From Octopus sinensis (lineage: Eukaryota): 64,000 nucleotides of DNA. The stretch spans positions 31,682,001 through 31,746,000 of the forward strand of contig NC_043001.1 of NCBI RefSeq assembly GCF_006345805.1, read 5' to 3'. The notes under the pieces were generated by a model. The model worked only from the letters and a program-made list of their open reading frames with translations, did no database searches and was not told the DNA's origin. Position numbers and translations under genes: made by a program. Within the stretch, counting starts at the first letter, position 1; each line of letters opens with the position of its first letter. Below, piece by piece: positions 51,732 through 63,624 of this stretch.

Positions 51732-51745
51732 GTTATATATATATG

Positions 51746-51776
<31 letters not shown>

Positions 51777-51803
51777 GTATATATATATATGTATATATAT
51801 ATG

Positions 51804-51836
<33 letters not shown>

Positions 51837-51922
51837 GTATATATATATATATGTATATATATATATGTATATATAATATATATGTATATATGTGTATATA
51901 TATATACATATATATATATATA
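51290..51922. repeat. Long (TA)n/(TATG)-interspersed microsatellite
   Basis: Direct reading; source of the 100-210 aa YI-rich ORFs. Confidence 0.95.
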
Positions 51923-52007
51923 CACCGTTTCTCGTACTGTTAGCGTTCCGTATTTCAGTCGAGTGTGTTAGTATTTATGTGGTAACATCGTAGTTTCGTC
52001 TTGGTAT

Positions 52008-52084
52008 ATGTTTGGCTGAAGAAGGTAAAGCAAATATGGGTGAGAGACATATCTTGCAAAACCTGAAACCTGCAGGTACCACAT
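52008..52084 (+). ncRNA. Type I hammerhead ribozyme, copy 1
   Basis: Stem I AUG(UU)UGG/CCACAU; CUGAAGA 52016-52022; extended stem II AGGU/ACCU, GCAA/UUGC, AUAUG/CAUAU; GAAA 52065-52068; perfect palindrome ACCUGCAGGU as stem III; predicted cleavage after GUA at 52078. Confidence 0.82.
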
Positions 52085-52441
52085 TATCCATTTTCCGGGT
52101 GTTTCATCTTTCAGATGTTCTCCCTGGAGGTAAGACGGGTTTTTTTTTCCTCTATTTTGTTGCACACACGCATTTTTACTAATACATACGCGGTGAAGCT
52201 ACACATTAGCGTCGTATTTTTACGTTCGCTATTTCCAGTAAATATCGGTACTTAGTTGTGCCATTTATTTACTAATTTGTGTATTTTTCCCTCACGGGCT
52301 ACTTTTTACTGGAAGGCAATACTTTGTATTGCATTACTGATATTTTGAAACTTCTTCACCGTTTCTCGTACAGTTAGCGTTCCGTATTTCAGTCGAGTGT
52401 GTTAGTATTTATGTGGTAACATCGTAGTTTCGTCTTGGTAT

Positions 52442-52518
52442 ATGTTTGGCTGAAGAAGGTAAAGCAAATATGGGTGAGAGACATATCTTGCAAAACCTGA
52501 AACCTGCAGGTACCACAT
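52442..52518 (+). ncRNA. Type I hammerhead ribozyme, copy 2
   Basis: Identical to copy 1; predicted cleavage after 52512. Confidence 0.82.
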
Positions 52519-52712
52519 TATCCATTTTCCGGGTGTTTCATCTTTCAGATGTTCTCCCTGGAGGTAAGACGGTTTTTTTTTCTCTATTTTGTTGCACACA
52601 CGCATTTTTACTAATACATACGCGGTGAAGCTACACATTAGCGTCGTATTTTTACGTTCGCTATTTCCAGTAAATATCGGTACTTAGTTGTGCCATTTAT
52701 TTACTAATTTGT

Positions 52713-52723
52713 ATATATATATA

Positions 52724-52773
<50 letters not shown>

Positions 52774-52784
52774 TATATATGTAT

Positions 52785-52846
<62 letters not shown>

Positions 52847-53065
52847 ATGTATATATATGTATATATGTATATATATATGTATATATGTATATATATATGT
52901 ATATGTATATATATATGTATATATATATATGTATGTATATATATATGTATATTTATGTATATATATATATGTATATATTATATGTATATATGTATATATG
53001 TATATATATACATATATATATATGTATATATGTGTATATATATATGTATATATATATATATATAA
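52713..53065. repeat. (TA)n-rich microsatellite
   Basis: Direct reading. Confidence 0.95.
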
Positions 53066-53760
53066 TCGATCATTTGTAGGATTCATTCGAATCAAGGTAT
53101 TTTAACATTCAGGACACCGAGAGAGAATCGAGTTCGGTACTTACATGTATACACCACATTCAAATGCATCCGTAAATACTCGTCCATACACGGACATATC
53201 CGTACATCTACATCTATATGTACATACACACAAGTATACACACACATCTAAGTACACATATACAAGGAAATATATACCCATGCACACAGCATGCAAATTC
53301 ACTATCCAATGTAAGTCCCAGATCCAACATAGGGACGGTTCCACGTATGGTGTTTGTATAAAATAAAAACACAAATGGATTAAAGGTTCGCTACAGCTGT
53401 TTCATAGGTGTTTTTTTCAATTACATCATGAAAAATCCGTTTTCGTCAGGTGACTTACAAATTGAAAAATTTGGTGCGGAGAAAAAAGGCACCGCAGGAA
53501 ATGGATTGACACTCCCATTAAGGCATCAATGAAGAGAATGAAAACACAATATCTTCCAAGATACCTAAATGGGAGGTTCAATCCACATCTTGTGGTATTT
53601 TTTCTAAATTGTTAAAGAAAATGGATTTTTCCTGATGTAATCGAATTAACGTGTGTGAAACAGCTGTAGTGAACCTTTAATCTCCTTGTGTTCTAATGTA
53701 ACCACATGTGAATCGTTGGCGATTTTTCCTCTGTCTTCCTTTTCTATTAGACTTTCCTCT

Positions 53761-53795
53761 GTTTCTAAAGAAGAGCTTTGCTCGAAACGTAAAAC
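53761..53795 (+). ncRNA. Mutated minimal hammerhead (G5A, probably inactive)
   Basis: GUUU-CUAAAGA-A-GAGC-UUU-GCUC-GAAA-CG-UA-AAAC: all three stems present, core G5 replaced by A. Confidence 0.6.
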
Positions 53796-53901
53796 CACCT
53801 TTATTTCCTTCCCTCAGCGTCTGCTAATACTTTACATGTACCACGTCCTCACGTTGCTTTTTTGTGCTTGTGCTTGGTTTTTTAAAAAAATTTACTATAT
53901 G

Positions 53902-53980
<79 letters not shown>

Positions 53981-54370
53981 GTCATTGTTCAGTTTTATTA
54001 CAAGATTTCTTGCCAATAGAGAAAGAGTTAGTTTCTAACCTAGACGCAAGGCTCCTTCATTGTATGTATGTATGTATGTATGTATGTATGTATGTATGTA
54101 TGTATGTATGTATGTATGTACGTACGTACGTACGTATGTATGTTTGAATGTAAATGGTAGGATTCCACAACCAAATTCACTCATAAAGCATTAGTCAGTT
54201 CGGGGCTACAATTGAAGGTACTTGCTTAAAGTGTCGCACAGCGAGATTGAACCGAAACTTCGTGGTTGCAAGGTGAGCTTCTTAAACACATAGCCATGCG
54301 TGCGCTTATGGCTTGTAGTAATATATATTCATTGTTAACACGGAAATATGTCAGTCTTTCTTTTTCCTTC

Positions 54371-54728
54371 CTTTTATTTGTTTCAGTCATTTGACTGCAG
54401 CCATGCTGGAGCACCGCCTTTAGTCGAACAAATCGACCCCAGGACTTATTCTTTGTAAGCCTAGTACTTATTCTATCGGTCTCTTTTGCCAAACCGTTGA
54501 GTTACGGGGACGTAAACACACCAACATTGGTTGTCAAGCCATGTTGGGGGACAAACACAGACACACAGACAGACAGACAGGCAACCCCCCTATATATATA
54601 TATATATATACACACGATGGGCTTCTTTCAGTTTCCTCTATCAAATCCACTCACAAGGCTTTGGTCTGCCCAAGGTGCCATGTAGTGGGACTGAATCCGG
54701 AACCATGTGGTTGGTAAGTAAGCGACTT
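54371..54728 (-). mobile_element. SINE family A
   Basis: Reverse complement of family A with an internal deletion. Confidence 0.85.
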
Positions 54729-55265
54729 TACTCCCGCACCTTTAATTTGTGATTCTTAATTGTATGTGTTGACAGTAATGTATATGATGTTGGTTTGATT
54801 ATATCTTGAATTTACTATGACAGAATGCAGAAAAATACTTGATTCTTTAACTGACATATCATTTTAATATTAAAACCCCTCATGTCAAATGTATGAACTT
54901 GAAGGCAAGTAAGTTCCATAAATACGAAGATTAGGGCTCGAGATACTCTATCAGGAGACATTAATCTTTCTTTAAGATCGGACTTTAATTTATTCTCCAC
55001 TCAAATGTTTGTTGACTGTCTACGTCGTAACGAAGGAGACTCGTACTTAGTCGCTTCAGCTGTTAGAAATAGCAGCCAAATCTCTCTCTTCAAATGATAT
55101 TCGACCTGTGTTAAACTCAAGAGGCATGTAAGATAATATAGCCCATGAAATACTCGTTCGAATCACCTTGAGGCTAAACTAAATTTCAGTATTATAGCTT
55201 GATATATGTAATTCAGAAAACTGAAATAACTAAGACAGCGTCTAGCTGTTATGACTTAATAATAA

Positions 55266-55631
55266 CTAACACTATGACCCGATAACGCCGGGTCATAGTG
55301 CTAGTGCATGCATATACAACTGCGTGCATGCGCACATGCACGTGAGTACTGTCCAAATCTCCGACCAATCACATTCAGCTAGCTGGCATTCAATTGGCGT
55401 CGGGCATTTTGATTGGGTTTTGGATAGAAAATTCACAAAAAAAGTCACTTCTATTGATTTTTTTAATGGCTTTGAGGGGTGACTGGGGAAATGTAAAGAT
55501 GTGCACGACCACCCTTGGACGGTTTTGAATGACCATAGAAAGTGCGAGCCCTCTAACTGAAAAATTGTGGATTTGTATAAAGGATACGCACACACACACA
55601 GACATACATTTTGCGTTTATATATATAGAGA
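55266..55631 (-). mobile_element. Non-autonomous Helitron-like element
   Basis: Minus strand starts TCTCTATATATATAAA; perfect 12-bp hairpin cactatgacccg/cgggtcatagtg (55270-55300) at the other end; terminal tetramer TTAG rather than CTAG. Confidence 0.7.
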
Positions 55632-56290
55632 TGCTATGTAAGCCAACGAAGGAGCCTCATCGTCTGACTTGCTAGAAGTAGCAACAAATTTCCTCCAAAT
55701 CAAATCCCGCTCTCAATGTTAGATCATTTGACTCTGAATTCTCTTCACACTAGAAAGAAGACGAGATGGTCGTCACAATCGGAATGTTTTGACTGTTTGA
55801 TCATTAGTTGGCTCGATCGGAGCTGATTTGAGTTAATAAACAACATCGGCAACATCAACAACAACAACAACAACTACAATAAAAAACATTAGTAGTAATA
55901 ACCACTTCTATATTCTATGTGATTGATGTCTGATTTAAACTCGTACATCAAGATCAACTGCAGTTTTTCTGGTTTGTACTGTGTCCACTTAACAAACGGA
56001 TGATACTACAACCGTAAATATTGATGTCTAACTGAGACATAAAGCTACATTTTTTTGAGTAGAGGTGTGGTGGGAGGAAACAGTCGAACATATCGACCCC
56101 CAGTACTTGACTGGAACTTATTTTATCGACCACCGTAAGGATGAAAGGAAAAGCCGACCTTAGCTTTAATATTGATAAGAATTCCGCTACACTAATTCAG
56201 TGACAATCAGTTTTATTGATTACCCTTACTCAGTTTCATACTAAATAACCTAACATGTTAATATTTAAGTTTAATATAGTGGTGAACCAT

Positions 56291-56504
56291 AAGGCGGAGA
56301 GCTGGCAAATACGTTTGTATGCCGGACAAAATGCGTTGCGGCATTTCGTCCGTTTTTACGTCCTGAGTTCAAAATCCGCCGATACCGACTTTGTGTTCCA
56401 TTCTTTCAGTGTCGATATAATAAGTACCGGCTGAGCACTGGAATCGGTCTGATCGTCTTAGCTCTTCCTTCGAAATTACTCGCCTTGTGCCAAAATTTGA
56501 AATC
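56291..56504 (+). mobile_element. SINE family B (diverged) with an ~18-bp TSD
   Basis: aatatagtggtgaaccat (56273-56290) versus aatatagtggtgacccat (56505-56522). Confidence 0.85.
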
Positions 56505-57959
56505 AATATAGTGGTGACCCATGCCTGAAGTTCCTACACTCGTTCAAACCATTTCAGACCACTTACGCAACCTATGCGTTTAGTAAAGGTATGTTAGTCA
56601 CAAGATTTTACATCTTCTTCACCATGCATAAATTCAAAGCTATGTAGCCTAGCTAGCACCTAAACCCAATATTTTACATATGGGTCAATCGTCTAAGAGT
56701 ACAAGCTTACTTGACCGTTCGCTGTTCGCCATTAGCACTAGTTTACATATGTAATATAAACTGAAGCTTAATAATTCGTTAGTTGATATTATTATTAACT
56801 CTCCAAATGGACACCGTCCTTTTATACATAGGCTGACATTGCTCCTCATTCATCATTTGATACCATCTTAATTTAAAAAATAAAATGAGTTTGACATTTA
56901 CTTCCAAGTTGCTGAATGAAACTTGTTTTAACTTACAAGTTGACATTTGCCACGCAGTTGATAGTTTATGACTGAGTCTGTCTTTGGAGAAGAATCTTAA
57001 CCTCACTTCAAGTATTGAAACCACTTCAACCGAAATACCATTGTCCGTTAAAGTTCACAATTTTGTCTAAACGTTGCTCCTTATTCGTACAAGGCTTTTT
57101 GTTATTATATTATTTTTCACTAACAGATTTATAATTTTGATAATAGTTATATTAATATTTGCATTACCAGAAAAAGAACATCCCCTTTTAGGATTTAGTA
57201 GTGCTGTTAATATGGTTTCTCGGTATGATACAAGGTATTAGATGTACGGAGAGAGTCTAAGAGGGAATGCATTGGGAAGAAATTGAATTAAAATAGCTTC
57301 AAACAAGTATTGAAACCGTGTTATAGGATCGGCTTGACGCTAGCAATCTGATGTTCAAAATGATTTACTAATATTGATTTCAAATTTCGGCACAAGGCCA
57401 GCAATTTCGGGGAAGTAGATAAATCGATTACATCGGCCCCAGTGTTCGCCTGGTATTTATTTTATCGATCCTGATAGGATGAAAGTCAAAATCAACCACG
57501 GCGGAATTTGAACTCATAACATATAGACGGACATGACTGATTTATATTGGCGGATTGACAGAATCAGTTACGGACGAAATGTTTGCCAGACGAAAGCATT
57601 CTCTGTTCGAATCACGCTGCAGTCGACTTTGCTTTCTATCATTTTGGGGTCGATGAAGTGAACACCAATATTAAACTTGGAAGAATGTAATCGACTCTTT
57701 CGCTATCTCACCAAATTTAAATTCTTGTGTTAGAAATCAATATTGGATTATTTTGGCATGCTTCAGACGCTCTTTATTTCTAAGGCGGAGAACAAGGACT
57801 CTCATAGCGGAAAGCATGTGATATGTTACAACTTCAATCAAGAATCAACATCGCACCATGGACTCAGGAGTTAATCTTATATTTTATGATACGATATTTT
57901 GCAAATATTATGTTCTTATTATTTTGGTGTTGTCAAAGACTGAAGAAATTATGCCGTTA

Positions 57960-58690
57960 TTGCTGCTGTTCAGTTACAAAATCTGAGGACAAATATGGAT
58001 GGTGAGAGAATTCTAAAAAGATGCTTTTTTAAATAGGAAGTTTTAGACAACGATAAATGGATTATAGAGGGGTCTAGAAAATAAGACACAGCAAGCATAC
58101 GATGGAAGGCGAGACGTGAGTGTTTGATTGAACGAAGGGCTGATGCAACGATCAAGATCAGAGGAGCAACGATGTGTAAATCTGAAAAAAGAAATTGCTC
58201 ATTTTTGAGGCGAAATTTGTGGGACACTTTCTGCTAATCAGTCGGATGGCGTTTTTGATGTGGAGTAGGATGTTTTTGCGTGAAGCAGCAATACCTTCCC
58301 AGTTTTTCCAACGTAGATATCATTGGAATTATAACTGAAAGTCAGCAAGTAGAACGGAAGTATTGTCAACTATTGAGGAGGAATCCGAGTCGTTGTGATG
58401 CAGTTTGACAAGATTATAGAAATGAGGTTAGAACGAGAGGTCATTAGAGATTGTGAAGTCCAGAAACTTCGAAGGTTTTGTGATTTTCATGATTCGAGAC
58501 TTTGAGATGCATGACATTTCCACTGCTATGATTCGCACCTGTGTCTTCGTGCCGTTGAGAAAAAGACGAGGTTGTTCGTTGAAGAACGTTTGAGATGTCT
58601 TTTCACGGAGGAAGTGCATTTCTATGTTGCATGTGAATTCCACATGTGAGTGGAAGGTCAAAGAACTACGAGACGGATCCTAACGCTGAA
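57960..58690 (-). mobile_element. Decayed LINE RT C-terminal region (CR1/Jockey-like)
   Basis: LNGTKTQ...KFLDFTISNDLSF...TASQRLGFLLNS...KNAIRLI relic motifs. Confidence 0.65.
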
Positions 58691-60138
58691 GTAGTGTTTC
58701 TAATGGCACTCTTTTCTACCTTGCCTCCGAGCAGATGGCAGGCCAAACTAAAGTCTAAGTCGGGGCAAAAAAAGATATTAGCTTGCTAACAACCACATGG
58801 TGCCGGCTTCAGTCTCACTGCGTGGCACCCTGGTCAAGTGTCTTGTACTATAACCTCGGACCGACCAAAGCCTTGTGAGTGGATTTGGTAGACGGAAACT
58901 GAAAGAAGCTCCTCGTGTGTGTATATATACATATATAAATATCTCGCTCAAGATTGCGGACGCCAAAATGCATATACACTGAGGATAGGTTAAAGAACTT
59001 GAAGGGATATGAAACAAAAGTGGATGTGTATCACTTTCCAAAGATATTGATAAATCGTACTTGACACTGCGAGAGAAAAAAAACGATTGAAACCAGTTCA
59101 TCAACAAGGTTGTACATGGGTACTTGAAACGAAAAACAAACAGCATAGAAGAATCAGAAGTCTGGCATGATGTACTGATAGGTTTATAAGATCAATCCTA
59201 GAAGGTTACTGCTATGTAATTCAGGTGCAAGAAGTCCTCACCAAGTACCTAATGCACAAAAGAAAGTATTGACCGATTAGCTGCTGCTTTCTGTTTTCGT
59301 ATTAACCCATTGGCTGATATGAGACCAAATCAATGATATTAACCTGATATGTCACCTGTAAGAGAGTGTACCTCTAGTTACTACTTTTGTTTGGCATGAT
59401 GTAAATAGCCAGAACAATCTGTAATAGATGAAGAAGGGAAAAAAAGCGACAACAAAGATGATCATACTGAAACTCAGGCATCAAATGAATATTGATGGAA
59501 CCTAAGAATAACAGCAAACAAATCCAAACGTAACCAAACCTTTATATTTGGAACCGCAATACATAAAAACATACTCGATATTGGTGGTAACTAAGTATAA
59601 AAACAGCAACCAAATTAAAACACAACCGAAGTTATATTATTTGGAACCGTAATATATAAAACATGCTCTATTATATTGTCTAGTCGATATCAATGTGGTA
59701 AGAAAACATACTGGATAAAGAAAATATCTATGGATCTTTTACTTGGTAAGGAGTCTACAAAGTCATTACCCAAAGTATATTTTCAGCTTTCTACCCATTA
59801 TTGTCGGAGCTGTCATACTATGTGGCACAATAAAAAAACTCTGCAAAACTTTCCTCAAATTCAAAAGGTGAATGGTTGCATTAAGGATAACGAGAAAAAG
59901 ACTCCAGATTCGCTTTTTAAAGAAAACAGCTTCTTTTTTCTACCTTGCCTCCGAGCATGTAGCAGGCCAAACTAAAGTCTAAGTAGGGGGAAAAAAGATA
60001 CTAGCTTGCTTACCAACCACATGGTGTCGGCTTCAGTCCTACTGCGTGGCACCCTGGTCAAGTGTCTTGTATTATAGCCTCGGGCCGACCAAAGCCTTGT
60101 GAATGGATTTGGTAGACGGAAACTGAAAGAAGCTCGTC

Positions 60139-60178
<40 letters not shown>

Positions 60179-60329
60179 TCATCATCATCGTTTAGCGTCC
60201 GTTTTCCATGCTAGCATGGGTTATATATATATATATATATATAATATATATATATATATACATGCCTACATGCATTAATTCATGCATACATATATGCATA
60301 AATGCGAGCAGTGAATCCCTTATCTTTTT

Positions 60330-61700
60330 TGTTGTCGAAATTTGAAGGGTGTATGAATGAGTTACGGAAAGACAGAGACATCAACTTGACACATAACCTC
60401 TTTGTGGACGATCACTATGAATATGAGAAGCTCTAGAATATGTTTTTGACATTCTAAAAAGTGGTTCTGATTGTAAAACGAGGACAATCTACAAGTCACT
60501 CTAGCAACATCACTATCTATAGCCTGGCTTAATCCTTGGCACCTGACGAAGAATGCTAGAGATACTTAAGGATGGGCAAAAATATATCGCATGAAAGCAC
60601 ATATAACAAGAAACTCGTAACCAAGGAATATTACAACAAAAAAAAAAATGTTCATTTAAGCTCTCTGCAGGCAATAAATCAGTGACCTACATACAATATA
60701 TTTGTTGTACTAGAACTAATATCAACATTTGGGTTACTCGACAGGACGCCAGAGTGAAACTGCATCATTGATGTTTAAAACCTGAAAGCTACTAACCATC
60801 ACCAGAAATTTCCACATCAATAGCGATATTGACTGCCTCCAACTAAAACGAAAAGAAGGATGCAGAAACTTAACATCAATCCAAACAGAATTTGAATGCT
60901 GCATCCCTTAGAGAACATCTACTAACCACCAAGTATCGAAGTGCATTAATTGATCAAGTTTGCACACATGAGGCAAATAACATCACGAGAGTTGAGAAGA
61001 AGCTTCTCAGAAAGTATTCCCGGAGTAAAACTAGATATACAATTGCAGTGATGCTGCATAGGTCTACTGCTATAGAACATCAGATGAAAGACTTTCTGCT
61101 GATAAGCAGAAAGTCATGGTTACGTTGTCATTAATGTTGAGAGTGACAGTATTACAGATAACAAAGTACTCTGTCTTACACGGACAGCCATTATATTCGC
61201 TGCCATTTTGAAGAGTTATCTTTTGTGATCCCGCCTCATTATGATTCAATACCAACAAAATACCCGATGAACGAAAGTGACACTGATGCAGGTAAATCGT
61301 CTGGATGTGACCACCAATGCTTGGTCTGCGAAATTAACATTGAAGATATAACCCGCATCTTAAGCATTTGTCCAAAATTGTCATCACAAAATTGCCATCA
61401 CCACAATCTACCTTCGAGGAAAATTGTAATTGCCAAAGTACCATATAATGCAATGCCTAGAAAGGATAAACTGAAGATCTTCATTAGAATAATTCTAAAA
61501 TAGAAGTTACAGCAATGTGGTGAGCATACCAATAATATGAGAGATTACTGGTGGAATATACCTGTCAAGATGGCTTAAAAATGTAGTCACAACAGAAAAC
61601 CTGATATAATGATCTCGGACAGAGAAATGAAAGTGTGCTATGCAGTGTAAGTCAGTTGTCCGATATTTAGCGGAAAAAGAAAAAGGGAACATGTATACTA
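60330..61700 (+). mobile_element. Decayed Dong/R4-clade LINE (RT thumb, zinc knuckle, restriction-like endonuclease)
   Basis: THNLFVDD; KLLTITRNFHINSDIDCLQLKRKEG; CLVCEINIEDITRILSICPKL; KPDIMISDREMKVCYAV*VSCP. Confidence 0.8.
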
Positions 61701-61877
61701 AACTAATGAAAGGTCCGTAGCTACTACATTCTAACTATAACTTTTAGATTTATTCCTATGTTTAATGGAGTACTTGTAACTATCTGCCTCAACCAGAAAT
61801 GACATTGATAATGAAAAAATATCGCAACTAGGTGTTCTAGGCGTACTGTCCGCCAGGAATTACCATTATTTGTTGTT

Positions 61878-62176
61878 TGTTCCTTCTCGAGCCACGCCTG
61901 GCTCATAAGGGCCGGTTTCCTGGTTTCCTTGGCGTATAGGTTCCCCACTTGGACGGGACGTCGGTCCGTCGCAGTTGAGCTGCAAGATGCAGGAGGAAAG
62001 AGTGAGAGAAAGTTGTGACAAAAGAGTCAGCAGAAGTTTCGCCATTACCTTCTGCCGGAGCCGCATGGAGCCTAGGTGTTTCGCTCATAAACACACACAT
62101 CGCCCGGTCTGAGATTCGAACTCACGATCCCTCAATCGCGAGTCCGCTGCTGTAACCACTAGGCCATGTGCCTCCA
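61878..62176 (-). mobile_element. SINE family C, tail type 2
   Basis: tRNA-like head ggaggcacatggcctagtggttacagcagcggactcgcg; V-like block gacggaccgacgtcccgtccaag. Confidence 0.85.
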
Positions 62177-62737
62177 CACCATGTATTTGTATCTGTATAC
62201 GCGGACCTGAGCAAGAATTTTTTTCTTGGGAAGACGAGCAGTGGTCCATGCATATAAGTATCCTTTCTCCACCTGCCCATGTTGTTCTGACGCAAAAAAG
62301 CTGGAACAGAAAATGCATAACATCTTGTCTGGTGCTCACACAGTTCCGTCAATGCATCGCTTTCTATTAGTAATTTTTATCGATCCAGAAATGATGAAAA
62401 GTTAAGTGACCTTATTGAACTCGCAGTGCAGCGATCTGAACAGAGACTACGAGGCAGTGTATCCAACGCCCTAATCACTCCGCCTATTCATCGCTTGTAT
62501 TGGAACTGAAAAAGTAAAACACTTCAGAAGTAGGCGTAGCTATGTGGTAAGAAGTATGCTTCCCAACCACATGACTCCAAGTTCGGTCCCACTTAAAAAG
62601 CTTTGCTTCTGAGGTGGAGACCGGATTTTTCTGTATTGAAAAATTTGACAAATAAGCGAGAAAATCAGTCAGAAATGCATATATGTTTAAGTATACAACA
62701 AATATAGATGCATTGTGTACCTAATTTATTATATCTT

Positions 62738-62935
62738 TATCTTGTTTCAGTCATTAAGCTACGGCCATGCTGGGGCACAGCTTTGAAGGGTTTAGTCGAA
62801 CAAATGGACACCAGCATTTTTAAAGCCTGTTACTAATGTTATCGGTCTCTTTTGCCAAACCGCTAATGTACAGGGGTGTAAACACACCAATACCCGTTAT
62901 CAAGCGGTGCTTGGGGCAAACACAAAGGTACGCAT

Positions 62936-62971
<36 letters not shown>

Positions 62972-63120
62972 GTTACAGGCTTCTTTCAGTTTCTGTCTAC
63001 CAAATCCACTTGCAAGGCTTTTGGTTGGTCCATGGCTATAATAAAACACACTTCTCCAAGGTGTCACACAGTGGGACTGAACCCTGAAACATATGGTTTG
63101 GAAGCAAGCTTCTTACCGCA
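62738..63120 (-). mobile_element. SINE family A, diverged
   Basis: Same modules with many substitutions. Confidence 0.78.
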
Positions 63121-63624
63121 TAGACACATTTACACGTATTTAAAAACCATATTCTTGAATATTTCTAAATCAACAATCAATCTTTAAGTCTCGTAGATTT
63201 CAATATATAATATTGAATACATTTTTAAAAAAACATTTGCCATTAAATTCAAGCTTTGGAATTTGGTTAATCCATTATTTATATTATCTAACGGTCCTCT
63301 CAATACTTTCTGCTGATATGATACTTTCACTTTGAAGTATGAACAATCTGCTGCATTTGATAAACTTTATCTACACATTAAAAACACGTTTATATCATAT
63401 TCATACTTCTCGGCGTCTGTTATAAAACATAGTTTCAGATAAGTACAGCACTGATAAATATCGTCGCTGTATTTATCCTTCATTCATTTAGCGATCTCAG
63501 TCGAGACAAACCCCACAGCACTTTTTCCAGAGCTCACGATCCAACATTACAGTATAGTTCTCTGAAGCATTTGAATTCAGGTGCAATTAATTATGAATCG
63601 TTTTCTTTTTTTTTTTTTTTTTCC

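Larger units (their letters stand above)
51923..52712 (+). mobile_element. Tandem direct repeat, 434-bp period, ~1.8 units, each unit carrying a hammerhead (retrozyme-like or Penelope pLTR-like)
   Basis: Copies start at 51923 and 52357; I see only one substitution and two 1-nt indels; embedded in TA microsatellite. Confidence 0.9.

Noticed and set aside
51201-51971. Long ORFs of 100-243 aa rich in Y/I/H/T/C/V (also at 12960, 16823, 21766, 31353, 37459, 39206, 52688)
   Set aside because: Translations of (TA)n, (CA)n and (CATA)n microsatellites, which lack stops in several frames.
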